From Histomonas meleagridis 2922-C6/04-290x (lineage: Eukaryota > Protista > Parabasalia), in the NCBI GenBank assembly GCA_020184695.1, contig JAANOX010000248.1, positions 124,001 to 188,000 on the forward strand: 64,000 nucleotides of DNA, written 5' to 3'. How positions within the stretch are numbered: position 1 is the stretch's first letter; the number at the start of each line of letters is the position of its first letter. The notes under the pieces were generated by a model that saw only the letters and a program-made list of their open reading frames with translations, was not told the DNA's origin and did no database searches. The position numbers and the translations under genes were made by a program. Below, piece after piece: positions 59,771 to 64,000 of the stretch.

Positions 59771-60601
59771 ATGAGTAGATCATTCGGAAAAGGACATTCT
59801 GATTTATCATCAAAAACAGGATCAATGGGAAAAGGTGGATCCGTTCGTGGTAGAGTAAATCCACTGCCAGAAAGGGCTGGACTTTCCAAATTCAGAGTTA
59901 TCCAAAGAGATCTTATATACGTAATTGGTATTCCAGTTTCAATTGCGCAAGAAGAAACGCTTAATAGATATGAGTATTTTGGTCAATATGGTCCGATCAA
60001 AAAAATTGTTGTGAATCAAACACTTCATAATAATAGCTATCAAAAACCAACAGTTTCAGCTTATATTACGTTTGTCAATGTAGAGGATGCATGGGAATGT
60101 TTGTATGCACTGGAATCCTTTGTTATTGACGGACATCAAATTAAAGCTTCATTTGGTACATCAAAGTATTGTTCATCTTTCCTGTGCGGTCAAAAGTGTA
60201 CCAAAGCAGATTGTATGTACCTTCATTATATTGGCGCCCCTGAAGATTCATTCTCAACAGAAGAAATTCAGAAGAATTCACAACGTTTCTTGGAAATGAC
60301 ACGCCCTTCACGACCAGACGATTACGAAGACTATGCGTTCTTCGACAGCAAGCCAACAATGTTTCCACCCCGAAGAAATTTGGATGAAAAACTTGAAGAT
60401 TACGAAGATGAAATCGAAGAAGAAGAGGAAGAAATTGAAGAACAGCCAAACACAGATAATAACTTTCTTAACAAGCTTGATTATAAAGGAGGATTAGTCA
60501 CGATGCCATTGAAAGTAGATTATACAGTAAATTATTCTCTCTTTGACCAGCTTGGCCTGGCGAGACCATCAATACGCTCTGTACTCGATGGACTAAAATA
60601 A
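59771..60601 (+). CDS. Not4/CNOT4-like RRM plus C3H zinc finger protein lacking the N-terminal RING
   Basis: RVIQRDLIYVIGI, EYFGQYGPIKKIVVN, SAYITF and ASFGTSKYCSSFLCGQKCTKADCMYLH match the Not4 RRM-C3H module. Likely ATG is at 59771. Confidence 0.85.
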   Translation: MSRSFGKGHSDLSSKTGSMGKGGSVRGRVNPLPERAGLSKFRVIQRDLIYVIGIPVSIAQEETLNRYEYFGQYGPIKKIVVNQTLHNNSYQKPTVSAYITFVNVEDAWECLYALESFVIDGHQIKASFGTSKYCSSFLCGQKCTKADCMYLHYIGAPEDSFSTEEIQKNSQRFLEMTRPSRPDDYEDYAFFDSKPTMFPPRRNLDEKLEDYEDEIEEEEEEIEEQPNTDNNFLNKLDYKGGLVTMPLKVDYTVNYSLFDQLGLARPSIRSVLDGLK

Positions 60602-60769
60602 ATCTTTAGATATGTTAACAAATTTGATTTTTGATAATTACAGTGTTTTTAAAGAACATGGAATGTCGGATTTGGTGTTATACTAAATACGAATAACATT
60701 TTAAAAATCAATTTTTTAATTTTTTTAATATTGTCAAAAAAAATTTGGATATTTTCAAAAAATAAAAAA

Positions 60770-60851
60770 CGACACGAACCAGATTCGAACTGATGCGGGA
60801 CAAGCCCATGGGGACTCTAATCCCACGCCTTAACCACTCGGCCATCGTGTC
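60770..60851 (-). tRNA. tRNA-Ser (anticodon AGA), 82 nt, with atypical anticodon arm
   Basis: Acceptor stem GACACGA/TCGTGTC plus discriminator G73, D arm GCCGAGTGGTTAAGGC, long variable arm and TTCGAAT T loop. Confidence 0.85.
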
Positions 60852-61339
60852 ATCGTTTTTTCTAATTATTTAATATATATTTGTTATATATTAATATAAT
60901 GTGTAAAAATTATTGACGATTAAATAACTCAAACAAATTTAAAAACATTTTTTAATAACAAAAACAAATAACTACAAACAAATTTAATTACATTTGTAAT
61001 ATAACTAAAACAAATACATAATAACTACAAACAAATTTATTGATAAAAATGGTTAATTTCCATTCGGATTTGTTTCATTTTCAGTTTCATAAATTCCAAA
61101 ATTTGTTTCTTCTCGGCATTCTTAGGCATCATCAAAGTCAACACGCATAACACATATCATTGTCATTGGCAACTTCGTCTCCACTTCCTAAACATTCCCT
61201 TTACTTTATACGACAACACATACAACACAATAATAATTTCATCGTTATTCGGTATATAAAATGACTTAACTTCAATCGGTGTCGTTATTACATTAATTAA
61301 CTGCTGCGCGATCGATGACATAATTGACTTCGTCCAATG

Positions 61340-61620
61340 CTGTTAATGATAGTGTTCGCTTTCGAGAGAAAGAACCGAAGTTTCCGGCGATTAAAAGCTG
61401 CTTCTCGAGTTGTAATTCAATTGTTGACAGAAATGGATGGCGTTGAAGATCGAGGACGAGTTTTCGTAATCCTCATGAGGCGATGCTAAGACCGGGTCGA
61501 CTTGATAAGAAGATACAAATCCAAATGCAGATATGGAAGCTCGAAAAGATATCTTGGATAAAATCATTAGGAAAATTCCTTTGTGCGAGAAGAAATCGTT
61601 AATAACTTATGAGACTGGTC
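61340..61620 (+). pseudogene. Fragment of a CDC48/NVL-family AAA+ ATPase domain
   Basis: KAASRVVIQLLTEMDGVEDRGRVFVI, then an internal deletion, then EAMLRPGRLDKKIQI..DMEARKDILDKIIRKIPL; frameshifted. Confidence 0.75.
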
Positions 61621-62137
61621 ACTTTTTTACAAAAAAGTGATAAATACTTTTTACACTTTTTGTAATTTATACAAATATTCTGGGCACTCAGAAAATTTGA
61701 GAATATCTCCATTCAAATCGATCTGACAACGGTTTGGTGGTTTTAAAAAATGCATTTTTAATCATCAAATGTAATCAAAAAGAAATTTATTTTGTTCAAC
61801 TTTCTGATATATCAGCAGCATTAATCCATTGTGGAAGAGTTATATATAATATGTTGATCAAAAACATAAAAATTCAACTATCGAAAAAATTATATTTGTT
61901 CAATCTTTACAGGAAATTTAAGCTATTATGTCTTGTTTTTAGTAACAATACGAAGCTCACCTCAACCAGTTTTGTTCGATAATGCGTAAGTGAAAGCTCA
62001 AAGATCATTAATAAAAAATATTCAACTTCTCAATTTTGAAAAGTGACAGTATCTCATAGTTATCGACTTTTTGAATCCCAAGATTTTCAATACTCTCAAT
62101 TTCGGGTTTTGGGACACCCTTAGGCGTTTACATTGAT

Positions 62138-64000
62138 ATGACTGAGCCTTGTTCATCCTGCTTGAAATTCCTAATTGAGCTTGAGAAAAATATATTCAGT
62201 TTAACAGAAGAAAACTTCAAGGCGTCCTCTAAAAAAGTATTGGAATTATTCGATTCAAACTATCCTTGTACATTTAATACTATTATAAGTAACATCGTTT
62301 TTAATGCATTTTCATCACAAAAACAAGCATTTGATATTTCCATAAATTTTTTAAAAACACTTCAAACGAAAGAAGAAGAAATTAATCAAAATATAGTTAA
62401 ATTAATGTCAATTTTTATCAAACGTATATCCAAAATTAACACACAAGAATCATATTATTTAATCGAGAAATTAATTGAACAAAATTTGGTTGATAAAAGT
62501 ATTACCAAAAATATTCATTCAAAATATTTTGCTCATTATAAAACAGAAGAAGAAAACCAAAACAAAAATCATTCAGAATTTGAGTATGATAGAAATGATC
62601 AAATAGAAAAATACTTTTTGGATAATTACAAAAAACTTTCAAAGAACAATTGGGAACTTCATAAGAAGTATGTTAAAGAAGGAGTTAATCCGAACGAAAT
62701 AGCAAAAGTAATTCGATATGATGACATAGAAAACCTTCAAGAAATATCATCGCAAACAAATTTTGATTTTAACCAAACAATCGAACCATCACTTTATGAA
62801 AGGTGTTCATTTATTAATCAAGAAAATGTTACATTAATTGATTATGCCGCATTCTTTGGATCAGTTAAATGTTTTAAATATTTACTTGTGAATAATGCAA
62901 AAGTAGAAAACACAGGTAAATATGCAGTTGCAGGTAGAAATGAAGAAATCATTCATTTATGTGAACAATATCATTCATCATTTGAAGGTGCATATGAAAC
63001 AGCAATTGAATTTCATCAAAATGATATTTTTTATTATATTTATGAAAATAAATTAGAAAAAATACAATCAATGCCGAAAATGGATGAAGATAAAACAAAT
63101 GATTTGTTAAGTCTTTGTATTAAAAAAGATAATTATGAAATTTTAACATTTTTGGAAGAAAAAGGAATGAATTTTAATGTTGATAATATAAATGAAACAG
63201 CAATGAATGGAAATTTATATCTCGTTAAATATTTCCTTCAAAATAATCAAATACCAAAAAACATTTTGCATTTTGCTTCAGAATCAGGAAATGTTGAACT
63301 TGTGAAATATGTTGTGGAACAAAAAGGAATAGATGTTAATACAAAAACTATTCATTTGAATAATTTATAATATGTTTTAATAATTTGAAACAGCACTTCA
63401 TATAGCAGTTAGAAATAATAATATAGAAATAGTAAAATTACTTTTAGATAAAGGAATTGATGTTAATGCAAAAACTATTTATTTGAATAATTTAGAATAT
63501 GTTTTAATAATTTGAAATATGTTATAATAATTTGAAACAGCACTTCATATAGCAGTTAGAAATAATAATATCGAAATAGTAAAATTACTTTTAGATAAAG
63601 GAATTGATGTAAATGCAGAAAATATTTGTTTGAATAATTTTTTATATGTTTTAATAATTTGGAATATATTTTAATAATTTAAAATATGTTTTAATAATTT
63701 AATATATATTTTGATAATTTAGAATATGTTTTAATAATTTGAAACAGCACTTCATATAGCAGTTAGAAATAATAATATCGAAATCGTAAAATTACTTTTA
63801 GATAAAGAAGGAATTGATGTTAATGCAGAAACTATTTATTTGAATAATTTAGAATATGTTTTAATAATTTGAAATATGTTTTAATAATTTGGAACATGTT
63901 TTAATAATTTGAAACAGCACTTCATATAGCAGTTAAAAATAATAATATCGAAATCGTAAAATTACTTTTAGATAAAGAAGGAATTGATGTTAATGCAAAA
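62138..64000 (+). CDS. DUF3447-ankyrin locus G: intact 410-aa ORF plus at least 4 modules with 20-nt-unit spacers; runs off the window
   Basis: Module starts are at 63390, 63537, 63744 and 63914, with spacers of 40, 60, 120 and 80 nt. Confidence 0.8.

Overview
Very AT-rich eukaryotic DNA with compact, mostly intron-free genes. DUF3447-ankyrin genes, a BspA-like LRR surface protein with a DPFxxDF tail and TCAYT Inr motifs point to a parabasalid (trichomonad) protist; this assignment is inference. Recognisable genes are a CLASP-like TOG protein, PRPP synthetase, a Mon2-like protein, a NEDD1-like WD40 protein, two Ubc7-type E2 copies, an NBD-only Hsp70-like protein, RPS18, a class II fumarase, two TMEM151-like proteins, a RING-less Not4-like protein and tRNA-Ser. 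There is also a decayed pogo/Tc1-like transposon with 36-bp TIRs and a ~5-kb inverted duplication. The main signal is in seven DUF3447-ankyrin loci. Every C-terminal ankyrin module (~90 nt, open, consensus-conserving) is separated from the next, always in the beta-hairpin loop between KD/KN and TAL, by a frame-breaking and often stop-containing AT-rich spacer with no conserved GT-AG. I counted 69 spacers by hand. In one subfamily 36 of 50 are exactly 80 nt, giving a 170-nt period despite strong sequence divergence. In the other subfamily they are multiples of a 20-nt unit. This suggests an unrecognised intron-like or recoding system specific to ankyrin cassettes, but only RNA or protein data can establish the mechanism. 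All coordinates and counts were read manually and may be off by a few nt.
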